Shown here piece by piece: positions 1 through 10,174 of a stretch of DNA of 64,000 bases (positions within the stretch are counted from its first letter, which is position 1; every line of letters starts with the position of its first letter). The DNA comes from Hemiscyllium ocellatum. Taxonomy: Eukaryota. The stretch is from positions 57,747,131-57,811,130 of the forward strand of contig NC_083416.1 in assembly GCF_020745735.1 (NCBI RefSeq), given 5' to 3'. A program made the position numbers and the translations under genes. Under the pieces are notes generated by a model. It searched no databases, had not been told where the DNA came from, and saw only the letters and a program-made list of their open reading frames with translations.

Positions 1-318
1 AGAAAAATACAATTTTATCAGTAGAGATAGGCCATTTCAATTCATGTGTGTATTATCAACAGTTTGTGCAACGATCCATGTACACATATGTCAGGAGGCT
101 TTTGGCTCCTATACAGATCTTATGTTCGCGTGATAATGGTGACTGAACTAGGTTGATGTCATGAGGAGGCTATGAGCTGCAGAAAACACTGAAAACTCTT
201 TGAAAGGTTGGCATAAAACTAAGCAAAGGTCCCATTTTACATTTGAATGCACTTCATTTACATAATACAGACATAAAACTTTGATGTGGTTCTGTTCGCC
301 GAGCTGGAGGTTTTTGCT

Positions 319-358
319 GCAAACGTTTCGTTCCCTGGCTAGGGAACATCATCAGTGC
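319..358 (-). ncRNA. Hammerhead ribozyme motif (inverted-arm copy)
   Basis: Reverse complement of the 2065-2104 motif. Confidence 0.8.
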
Positions 359-814
359 TATTGGAGCCTCCTGTGAAGCGCTGCTTTGATGTTTCTTCCG
401 GTATTTATAGTGGTTTGTTCTTGCCGCTTCCGGGTGTCAGTTTCAGCTGTAGTAGTTTGTATGTGGGGTCCAGGTCGATGTGTCTGTTGATGGATGTTCT
501 TGCCGTTTCCGGGTGTCAGTTTCAGCTGTAGTGGTTTGTATATGGGGTCCAGGTCTATGTGTCTGTTAATGGAGTTTGTGGATGAATGCCATGCCTCTAG
601 GAATTCCCTGGCTGTTCTCTGTCTGGCTTGTCCTATGATGGTAGCGTTTTCCCAGTCAAATTCATGTTCCTGGTTGTCAGAGTGTATGGCTACTAGGGAT
701 AGCTGGTCGTGTCGTTTTGTGGCTAGCTGATGTTCATGGATGCGGATTGTTAGCTGTCTTCCTGTTTGTCCTATATAGTGTTTTGTGCAGTCCTTGCATG
801 GTATTTTGTAAACT

Positions 815-2065
815 ATGTTAGTTTGGCTCGTGCTGGCTATCAACAAGGACGGCATACTTAAACTACTAGACCTGTGCCTCACCACACACTTTACATTCAA
901 CAATCAGATATACGAACAAATCAACGGAACACCCATGGGATCACCAATCTCGGGACTCATAGCAGAGGCAGTTATGCAAAGGTTAGAACATACAGCCCTA
1001 CCACAAATCCAACCCAAACTCTGGATCAGATACGTCGATGACACCTTTGTAATCATCAAAAACACAGAAATAGAAAAAACACACCGAATCATCAACGCCA
1101 CACTCACAGGAATACGATTCACGAGAGAAGAGGAAAAGGATAGCCAACTCCCATTCCTAGACGTGTTAGTAGAGAGAACACCCAACGGAGAATTCACCAC
1201 AAGGGTACACAGGAAACCAACACACACAGACCAAGTCCTAAACTATGAAAGTAACCACCCCAACACACACAAACAAAGCTGCATCAGGACACTATTCAAA
1301 AGAGCCACAACACACTGCAGTACACCAGAACTGCGAAAAGAGGAAGAGGAATACCTATACAAGGTATTCGCCAAACACGGATACCCACGCAACTTTATCA
1401 CCAGATGCCTAAGAGATAGACCACGGAACGAGGACATGCCACAACCAAAAGGACTAGCTACACTACCATACGTCAGGAGCGTCTCAGAACTGACAGCCAG
1501 ACTACTGCGACCCTTAGGACTCATAACAGCACACAAGCCAACTTCCACACTCAGACAACAACTCACTAGAACAAAGGACCCAATAGCCAGCACGAGCCAA
1601 ACTAACGTAGTTTACAAAATACCATGCAAGGACTGCACAAAACACTATATAGGACAAACAGGAAGACAGCTAACAATCCGCATCCATGAACATCAGCTAG
1701 CCACAAAACGACACGACCAGCTATCCCTAGTAGCCATACACTCAGACAACCAGGAACATGAATTTGACTGGGAAAACACTACCATCATAGGACAAGCCAG
1801 ACAGAGAACAGCCAGGGAATTCCTAGAGGCATGGCATTCATCCACAAACTCCATTAACAGACACATAGACCTGGACCCCATATACAAACCACTACAGCTG
1901 AAACTGACACCCGGAAACGGCAAGAACATCCATCAACAGACACATCGACCTGGACCCCACATACAAACTACTACAGCTGAAACTGACACCCGGAAGCGGC
2001 AAGAACAAACCACTATAAATACCGGAAGAAACATCAAAGCAGCGCTTCACAGGAGGCTCCAATAG
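815..2065 (+). CDS. PLE reverse transcriptase (C-terminal part) plus GIY-YIG endonuclease; 5'-truncated, first ~9 codons come from the inverted arm
   Basis: Motifs GTPMGSPISG, RYVDDTF, LPFLDV and VVYKIPCKDC..YIGQTGR...RIHEH. No internal stop codons. Confidence 0.9.
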   Translation: MLVWLVLAINKDGILKLLDLCLTTHFTFNNQIYEQINGTPMGSPISGLIAEAVMQRLEHTALPQIQPKLWIRYVDDTFVIIKNTEIEKTHRIINATLTGIRFTREEEKDSQLPFLDVLVERTPNGEFTTRVHRKPTHTDQVLNYESNHPNTHKQSCIRTLFKRATTHCSTPELRKEEEEYLYKVFAKHGYPRNFITRCLRDRPRNEDMPQPKGLATLPYVRSVSELTARLLRPLGLITAHKPTSTLRQQLTRTKDPIASTSQTNVVYKIPCKDCTKHYIGQTGRQLTIRIHEHQLATKRHDQLSLVAIHSDNQEHEFDWENTTIIGQARQRTAREFLEAWHSSTNSINRHIDLDPIYKPLQLKLTPGNGKNIHQQTHRPGPHIQTTTAETDTRKRQEQTTINTGRNIKAALHRRLQ

Positions 2066-2104
2066 CACTGATGATGTTCCCTAGCCAGGGAACGAAACGT
2101 TTGC
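2065..2104 (+). ncRNA. Minimal type-I hammerhead ribozyme motif
   Basis: GCA-CUGAUGA-U-GUUCCCU(AGCC)AGGGAAC-GAAAC-GUU-UGC: catalytic core, 7-bp stem II, palindromic ACGU in place of stem III, 3-bp stem I. Confidence 0.8.
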
Positions 2105-3970
2105 CGCAAAAACTTCCAGCTCGGCGAACAGAACCACAACAACGGACACCCGAGCTACAAATCTTCAACCAGACTTTATAAAACTTTGAATTTTGAAGGA
2201 ATTTACAGTGAACTGGATAAACATGACAAGACAAGGCCCATTTGAGATCAGTCATCTTAAAACGTTGTAAATATTGGCAGGTTATTTTTTTCTTTGCATC
2301 TTAACTCTTTGCTTCTTGTATTACAACTTATCTTATAACTAACAGAAACTATAGGAGAGATATTTTGCAGTTCCGCTATGCAGAATTATGTAAATTCTCC
2401 AGAGGCCAGTAGGGCTACGAGCTGAAACATACATGTCCTATATGTCTTTCTTTGCTAATGGCATTGAGGCACTGTGCGTGAGATATGTAGAATGCAGATG
2501 TACACACAAGAAATGGGAGCAGGTGTACGCCATTTCTCGTTGGGAGGCCTAGTGAGATTTGTCACTCTATTTTACCAATCTCATTGCATTAATATCCTAA
2601 CTCCCCCTTATGTCATCCATCACATTCAATTCTGGCCCCATTTTACAATGCATTGTTACCAGAGCAATATGTCACTCAACGGCTATCTGCTAAAAGACTG
2701 GCATCCCTTGCAACCATGCCATCTTTGACAAAACACAATCACTACATAACAGATGAGGAGTTGAAGTTGTGTAGCTCGTACAGGACGCTTGGAAGCTGAA
2801 CAAATAATGATTCCCCTTTAGCTGGCATTGGCCATTTCTCAGGTTCAAATTCCAAGCACAAGTAGAATGTAGCAAATCTCGTTTGACTTGATTTTGACCT
2901 TTAAGCACCTTCAATCTGAATGCATAGCAGACAGGTGTTGCAATGATTGAAAGTTTAATGTTGCTGCACTTTGCAATGAAGAAACCATGAGATAGTTATT
3001 TGTAATGTTGTGCAAACATGGATCCCATGCTGTTGGCTGTCAAACTGACACCTGCTCCATTCTCTCTGCTGCTCCAACAATTTTCTAGCAGCCCTTCATC
3101 GTGACAGAAAGCAAGTGATAGCTGGCAAAACAGATCTTGCAGGAAACCATGCAGTTAGCCCCACCCCTAAATGCTTACATGTTCTTGGCAACCTTGCACT
3201 ACCCCAGTGTGGAGAATCACCACATTGAACTTGAAGTACAATGGTCCTCTGCCCCTGAACCCTTGTGGCTGCCTTTCCTGCTACACAATACCCTGCACAG
3301 GCCATGATGGCGGTCACAGTCAATAAGCTTGTAGCATACCATGTTCTCTGAAGCTGTTTCAAATCCCAGCCCAGTTCAACTTTCATTTTTCCCCATCATG
3401 ATCTTTATCCCCTCTATTATAAATGTTTTTGCATTGCCTTGAAACTTCACTCCCCAACCTTGTCTGTCATTTACTCCACCCCCCTCCACCACTGCTCCTA
3501 TGGAGACCCCATCTTGAAGCCTCTTGAAAGATTATCAGACAGACATCCAGGACTATATTTGACCCAGACTTCTAACCAATTTTAACAAATAGTCCTAAAT
3601 GTGATTGACCAGATCTGTGTTGTATTTGTAGGTCCCCAACTAATGTGATGTGATTCCCCTGATTCATTGTATTGGCCCGACAGCATTGACTACTGAACAT
3701 CTTCAGACTGTATTGGGGCACATCCCCAACTGTGAGCCTCTGAAGCAGATGACTATCTGTGTTGAAGCCCCTGACCTGGGTATGGTCTGCACTCCTGACT
3801 AACGTTACTGGGACTTCTCACCTGCCAATCCCTCCTCAGTACAGACATTGGCCCTTCCCTCGCCTGTACTGGGGACTATCCCCCACTAGTTTCTGACATG
3901 GTCTTTTGATTGAATACATGTGCATTGTATATAGATAGTTGGCATATGCTTTAGGTTTAAATTGACATAA

Positions 3971-4271
3971 AATCATAGAATCTCTACAGTGTGGAAGTAG
4001 GCCATTTTGCCCAACTACTCTACATTGACCCTACAAACAGCATCCAACCCAGACTCACTCTCTTACCCTCTATTTCCCATGGCTAATCCACTTAGCCTGC
4101 ATATCCATGGACATGGCCAAATCTGGACATCTTTGGACAGTTAGAGGAAGACCACACAGATATGGGGAGAATGGCATAGTCTACACAGATGTTTACCCAA
4201 GGCTGGATGAGAATCCCAGGTCCCTGGCACTGTGAGGCAGCAATGTTGACCATTGAGCCACCATGCTACCC
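3971..4271 (-). mobile_element. HE1-type tRNA-derived SINE, decayed
   Basis: Reverse-complement similarity to the SINE at 21886-22160 (A/B-box head and LINE-like tail). Confidence 0.75.
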
Positions 4272-4779
4272 CTCTTACTGTGCCATTCATCACTGTGCTG
4301 CCCACTCACCAAGACAGCAGTCTGTCTGTGTGTCTGTGCTAAACAGACACTCAAAGTAGCAGCAGTGCTAGTCTTTGGCTCTGCCTGAAATACCAGTATG
4401 CTAGTAAGCATTGGCATAGCATGGCATGGATGGTGCAAGCACACAGGTTGGCACAAAATAAGTAAACATTTTGATAGCAAGCAAAATACCCTGGGATATA
4501 GCATGTTATATTCTGTGAGCACAAAGTATCTCTGCTGCAACCTTTCAATGCTAGCTACTGATGTGCCCTGTCAGTGCTTTGTGTATGGCCTGCCTGTGCA
4601 TTACAGCCATACTATGATGATCATGGCGGGTTGACAGATGTTGGATACTAATGTCTGTAGGTGAGGATTAGGCCAGTCTAGGATGTATGGGCAGCGCAGA
4701 CAAGTTGGACTGAAGGGTTTGTTTCCATGTTGTTTGACTCTATGACTTTATGACTCTGTCTCCTGCCACCATGTCAATT

Positions 4780-5200
4780 TTCCATCCAATTTGCCAAATT
4801 ACTCAGCTTCCCATGGGCTCTTATCTTCTTGATCACCTATGAAACCTTGTTAAAAGCATTACTGAAATCCATGTAAATTCCTACAGCTGCACCACCCTTG
4901 TCGACAGGCTGAGTCATGTCCTTGAAAAACTCAATCACATCATTTAGAAATGATGTCTCCCTTACAAAGTCATACTGTTTATCTTTGATTAACCCGTGGC
5001 TGTCCAAGTGGGGAGATTAATTCTGCCCTCAGAATCTTTTCTGAAAGTTTCTTTACAACTGATGTTAATCTCACTGCCCTATAATTCCCTTGTTTATCCT
5101 TACTCTATTGCAAATTGATATCATATTAGCTGTCCTCCAGCCCTCTGGCACTTCTTCAACAACCACAGAGGATTTAAAAATTATCAGGATCTTTGCAATC
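4780..5200 (-). mobile_element. Decayed CR1 LINE RT fragment
   Basis: Antisense similarity to the NYRPISLTS...LDFQKAFDKVPH region of the other CR1 copies. Confidence 0.6.
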
Positions 5201-5207
5201 ACCCTTT

Positions 5208-5528
5208 TTGTTGTGGTTTTGTTCGCCGAGCTGGGAATTTGTGTTGCAAATGTTTCGTCCCCTGTCTAGGTGACATCCTCAGTGCTTGGGAGCCTCCTGT
5301 GAAGCGCTTCTGTGATGTTTCCTCTGGCATTTATAGTGGTTTGTCTCTGCCGCTTCCAGTTGTCAGTTCCAGCTGTCCGCTGCAGTGGCCGGTATATTGG
5401 GTCCAGGTCGAGGTGTTTGTTGACAGAATTTGTGGATGAGTGCCAGGCCTCTACAGAGAACAGCCAGGGAATTCCTAGAGGCATGGCACTCATCCACAGA
5501 TTCTGTCAACAAAGACATTGGCCTGGAT
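5208..5528. mobile_element. Short fold-back Poseidon-type PLE remnant (sister subfamily of 285-2177)
   Basis: Minus arm 5208-5452 (EAWHSSTNSVNKHLDLDPIY...LHRRL plus HHR) joined to plus arm 5453-5528 (RTAREFLEAWHSST). Confidence 0.85.
5246..5286 (-). ncRNA. Hammerhead motif, partly mutated
   Basis: GCA-CUGAGGA-U-GUCACCU(AGAC)AGGGGAC-GAAAC-AUU-UGC. Confidence 0.65.
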
Positions 5529-5529
5529 A

Positions 5530-5928
5530 TGAAAGGAGATCAAGGTGAGGGTGATAGGCCGGAGTGGGGGTGGGCGCGGAGAGGTCAGGAAGAAGATTGC
5601 AGGTTAGGAAGGCGGTGCTGAGTTAGAGGGATTCCTAACCTTCCTAACCTGCAATCTTTTTCCTGACCTCTCCGCCCCCACCCCACTCCGGCCTATCACC
5701 CTCACCTCGACCTCCTTCCACCTATCGCATTTCCAATGCCCCTCCCCCAAGTCCGTCCTCCCTACCTTTTATCTTAGCCTGCTGGACACACTTTCCTCAT
5801 TCCTGAAGAAGGGCTCATGCCCGAAACGTCGATTCGCCTGCTCCTTGGATGCTGTCTGACCTGCTGCGTTTTTTCAGCAACACATTTTCAGCTCTGATCT
5901 CCAGCATCTGCAGTCCTCACTTTCTCCT
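5530..5928. mobile_element. Short fold-back Neptune-type PLE 3' end
   Basis: Part of 5530-5633 is inverted relative to 5640-5720. The plus arm matches 19378-19632 and continues into the tail ATCTCCAGCATCTGCAGTCCTCACTTTCTCCT. Confidence 0.85.
5799..5834 (+). ncRNA. Minimal hammerhead ribozyme motif with canonical GUC cleavage triplet
   Basis: AUUC-CUGAAGA-A-GGGC(UCAU)GCCC-GAAAC-GUC-GAUU. Confidence 0.8.
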
Positions 5929-6803
5929 CATATGCAATTATAAACAGAACAAAGCAGCACTGCAGATATCTTGTGTCCTTGAGACTTACATTTTGTACAA
6001 TAAAATTAATTTAAACTACAAAATGATTAATTTTTGTGATCACCTTGTTAGATTTTAAACTCTTGCATTATATTGATAATCTGAAGCATCCTTCAGAGAA
6101 TGACCCCATTTTAGAAGATTTTTTATGAGGCTGTTACAATGGGTGGAATGTCATGAAAATCTGCACAATGTGGGCTATGGTGAGATGTGCAGCAGAATTG
6201 GATAAGGAGTCTATCCCAGCAATGTGGGTCTACCTACAGCATATGGAGCAGTGGTTCAAGAAGGCAGCTCATTCCACCATCTCAAGGGCAACTAGGGATG
6301 GTCAATAAATAGGATTCAGCTAGCAATGCTCATGTCTCACGTGTGAATTTTTTAAAAAATCATCTTGCTTCAGCTTTTGTGTTTTACACAACTGAAATGG
6401 AAACCCTCTTGCCAATCAATGACAATATGTGAATCAACAGGGACTGATGTAGATTACGTGACTTGTAAATGCTGGAACACCTCCAATGTTATGAAATTCA
6501 TCAAACGTACTCAGTGTCACAAATGGGTGGGTGGTGATGAGGAGGTGGTAGAGTCTAGACAAGACATTGCAGCATGACTGCGATTAAGTAATTTAGTCTT
6601 TGGGACTACGCACTGGAAGCTCTAGGCAAAGGTGTAGTACTATTCTGCAGGAGAGAACAGGACTTGCAAGGAATAGAAGTATGGTAAAGAATAGTTGTAT
6701 AATGTGGGAGAGAGGTCTGTCCATGGTGACTAGCACCCTGGCTTCAGGCGGGGTGGAGGAAGAGCCAGTGAATTGCAATAGCAGGCATGGTTCCTTAATA
6801 TAT

Positions 6804-9800
6804 TGTTATGGACAAGGTCAGACCACTCAAAACATTCATAAGCAGGCAGCCCAGACCGTAACCTTGCTATTCGTTTCGGTAAGTGTACAGTGAAAATTAC
6901 CCAGAGTAAGTTAGCTAGGTTGACTATCAGGTTTTAAAACAGACAAAACATTATTCACAAAGTTACAGAATGAAACACAAAGAACAGAATGTAGAATACC
7001 CACAGAACACACTCTATCCAAACTAGACTGAATTATGCTGTTCCAAAAATACACAACAGTCCCAATAAACAAACCCCTTAAACACAGTAAAAATGAAACA
7101 CAGGCTAACAGGTCAAAGTTGGAAGGACAGAAGGAGAGAGAGATTAGCAGCTTGTTTCCACACAGCCCACTGCTGAACTGACTCAAACAAGACTTCAGCT
7201 GTTAGCACTGACCACTGACCTTTCATTCTACAGGTTACTTCGAAAACATGAAAGCTGTGGCCTAAAGTCTCATCTGTTTACATATGAACAACTTATCGAA
7301 AAGACAGAGAGGTGGGCAGAGGGGGTGCGGTTGCCTTGTTAGTTAAGAACAAAATTAAATCAATGGTATTGAATGACATAGCGTCGGATGATGTGGAGTC
7401 TGTATGGGTGGAATTGAGGAACCACAAAGGCAAAAAAACCATAATTGGAGTTGTGTATAGACCTCCTAACAGTGGTCAGGACCAGGGACGCAACATGTAC
7501 CGGGAAATAGAGAAGGCATGTCAGAAAGACAAGGTCACATTGATCATGGGAGACTTCAATATGCAGGTGGACTGGGTAAATAATGTTGCTAGTGGATCCA
7601 AAGAAAGGGAATTCATGGAATGCTTACAGGATGGCTTTTTGGAACAGCTTGTCATGGAGCCCACAAGGGAGCAGGCTATCCTGGACCTAGTGCTTTGCAA
7701 TGAACCAGACTCTATAAAAGATCTTACAGTAAGGGAACCCTTAGGAAGTAGCGATCATAATATGGTAGCGTTCAGTCTGGAGTTTGAAAGAGAGAAGGCA
7801 AAATCGGATGTAATGGTGTTACAGTTAAATAAAGGTAATTATGAGGGCATGAGAGAGGAACTGACAAAAATAGACTGGAAGCAGAGGCTAACCGGGAAGA
7901 CAGTAGAGCAAAAATGGCAGGAGTTTGTAGGTATAATTGAGGATACTGCACAGAGGTTCATCCCCAAGAAAAGAAAGATTATCCGGGGAGGGATTAGACA
8001 ACCATGGCTGTCAAAGGAAGTCAGGAAATGTATTAAAGAAAAAGAGAGATCCTATAAAGTGGCTAAGAATAGTGGGAAATCAGAAGATTGGGAAGGATAC
8101 AAAAGCAAACAGAGAATAACAAAGAGTGTAATAAGAAATGAGAGGATCAAATATGAAGGGAGGCTAGGCAGTAATATTAGAAATGACAGTAAAAGTTTCT
8201 TTCAGTACATAAGAAACAAACGACAGGCAAAAGTAGACATTGGGCCACTTCAAACTGATGCAGGAAGCCTAGTGATGGGAGATAAGGAAATAGCAGGAGA
8301 ACTTAACAAGTACTTTGCATCAGTTTTCACAGTGGAAGACAGGAGTAATATCCCAAAAATTAAAGGGAGTCACGGGGCTGAGTTGAGTATGGTTGCCATT
8401 ACAAAAGAGATAGTGCTAGAAAAGTTAAAAAGTCTTAAAATTGATAAATCTCCTGGCCCCGATGGGATACACCCTAGAGTTCTGAGAGAGGTGGCTGAGG
8501 AAATAGCAGAGGCATTGGTTGAGATCTTTCAAGAGTCACTGGAGTCAGGAAAGGTCCCAGATGATTGGAAGATGGCTGTTGTAACCCCCTTGTACTAGAA
8601 AGGATCAAGACAAAAGTTGGAAAATTATAGGCCAATCAGCTTAACCTCGGTTGTTGGTAAAATTCTAGAATCCATCATTAAGGATGAGGTTTCTAAATTC
8701 TTGGAAGAGCAGAGTCTGATTAGAACAAGTCAACATGGATTTAGTAAGGGGAGGTCATGCCTGACAAACCTGTTGGAATTCTTTGAAGAGGTAACAAGTA
8801 GGTTAGACCAGGGAAACCCAGTGGATGTGGTCTATCTAGACTTTCAAAAGGCCTTTGATAAGGTGCCACACGGGAGGCTGCTGAGCAAGGTGAGGGCCCA
8901 TGGTGTTCGAGATGAGCTGCTGGCATGACTTAAGGATTGGCTGTCTGACAGAAGGCAGAGAGTTGGGATAAAAGGTTCTTTTTCAGAATGGCAGCCGGTG
9001 ACGAGCGGTGTCCCGCAGGGTTCAGTGTTGTGGCCATAGCTATTCCCATTATATATTAATGATTTGGATGAGGGGACTGGGGGCATTCCAGCGAAGTTTG
9101 CCGATGATACGAAGTTAGGTGGACAGGCAGGTAGTACTGAGGAAGTGGGGAAGCTACAGAAGGATCTAGACAGGTTGGGAGAGTGGTCCAGGAAATGGCT
9201 GATGGAATTTAACGTGAGCAAGTGCGAGGTCTTGCACTTTGGCAAAAAGAATAAAAGCATAGACTACTTTCTAAATGGTGAGAAAATTAGTAAAGCCAAA
9301 GCACAAAGGGATCTGGGAGTGCTAGTCGAGGATTCTCTAAAGGTAAACATGCAGGTTGAGTCCGTGATTAAGAAAGCGAATGCAATGTTGTCTCTTATCT
9401 CAAGAGGGTTGGAATATAAAAGCAGAGATGTGCTACTGAGACTTTATAAAGCTCTGGTTAGGCCCCATTTGGAGTACTGTGTCCAGTTTTGGTCCCCACA
9501 CCTCAGGAAGGACATACTGGCACTGGAACTTGTCCAGCGGAGATTCACATGGATGATCCCTGGAATGGCAGGTCTAACATATGAGGAACGGCTGAGGATG
9601 CTGGGATTGTATTCGTTGGAGTTTAGAAGATTGAGGGGAGACTTAATAGAGACGTACAAGATAATACATGGCTTGGAAAGGGTGGAAGCTAGGAAATTGT
9701 TTCCGTTAGGCGAGGAGACTAGGACCCGTGGACACAGCCTTAGAATTAGAGGGGGTCAATTCAGAACAGAAATGTGGAGACATTTCTTCAGCCAGAGAGT

Positions 9801-10174
9801 GGTGGGCCTGTGGAATTCATTGCCACGGAGTGCAGTGGAGGCCGGGACGCTAAATGTCTTCAAGGCCGAGATTGATAGATTCTTGTTGTCTCGAGGAATT
9901 AAGGGCTACGGGGAGAACGCTGGTAAGTGGAGTTGAAATGCCCATCAGCCATGATTGAATGGCGGAGTGGACTCGATGGACTGAATGGCCTTACTTCCAC
10001 TCCTATGTCTTATGGTCTTATGGTCTTAAAAGGCCTCCCAATACCCTTTGATATCTGTACCAACCCAGCCAATTCGGAACCCAGGCTGTTTTGTGACCCC
10101 TCTGATAAATACCACGGACACAATATCATTGAGAAAAGGAACTGCTTTTAGAAAAAAGGACCAGCTTTGTGACA
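6804..10174. mobile_element. Solo LTR (about 630 bp when rejoined), split by a CR1 insertion
   Basis: Starts TGTTA (6804) and ends TGACA (10174). 4-bp TSD ATAT at 6800-6803 and 10175-10178. Non-LINE segments are 6804-~7290 and ~10029-10174. Confidence 0.7.
7290..10028 (+). mobile_element. 5'-truncated CR1-clade LINE, ORF2 (APE endonuclease plus RT) with three nonsense codons and no frameshift
   Basis: ORFs starting at 7312, 8617 and 9064 share one frame; stops at 8596, 8926 and 9037. Motifs [39 protein letters not shown]. (TCTTATGG)n tail. Confidence 0.95.

Larger units (their letters stand above)
285..2177 (+). mobile_element. Young 5'-truncated Penelope-like element (Penelope/Poseidon-type) with an inverted duplicate of its 3' end
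   Basis: 285-840 is the reverse complement of 1583-2138 with only a few mismatches. Perfect 12-bp TSD ATAAAACTTTGA at 273-284 and 2178-2189. Contains an RT plus GIY-YIG ORF. Confidence 0.95.

Noticed and set aside
358-903. 181-aa minus-strand GIY-YIG ORF as a separate gene
   Set aside because: It is the inverted arm of the PLE; its N-terminus is just antisense RT sequence across the junction.
2600-2960. Possible Harbinger/HARBI1 transposase remnant (NGYLLKDWHPLQP)
   Set aside because: Only faint motif resemblance; no terminal inverted repeats or continuous frame.
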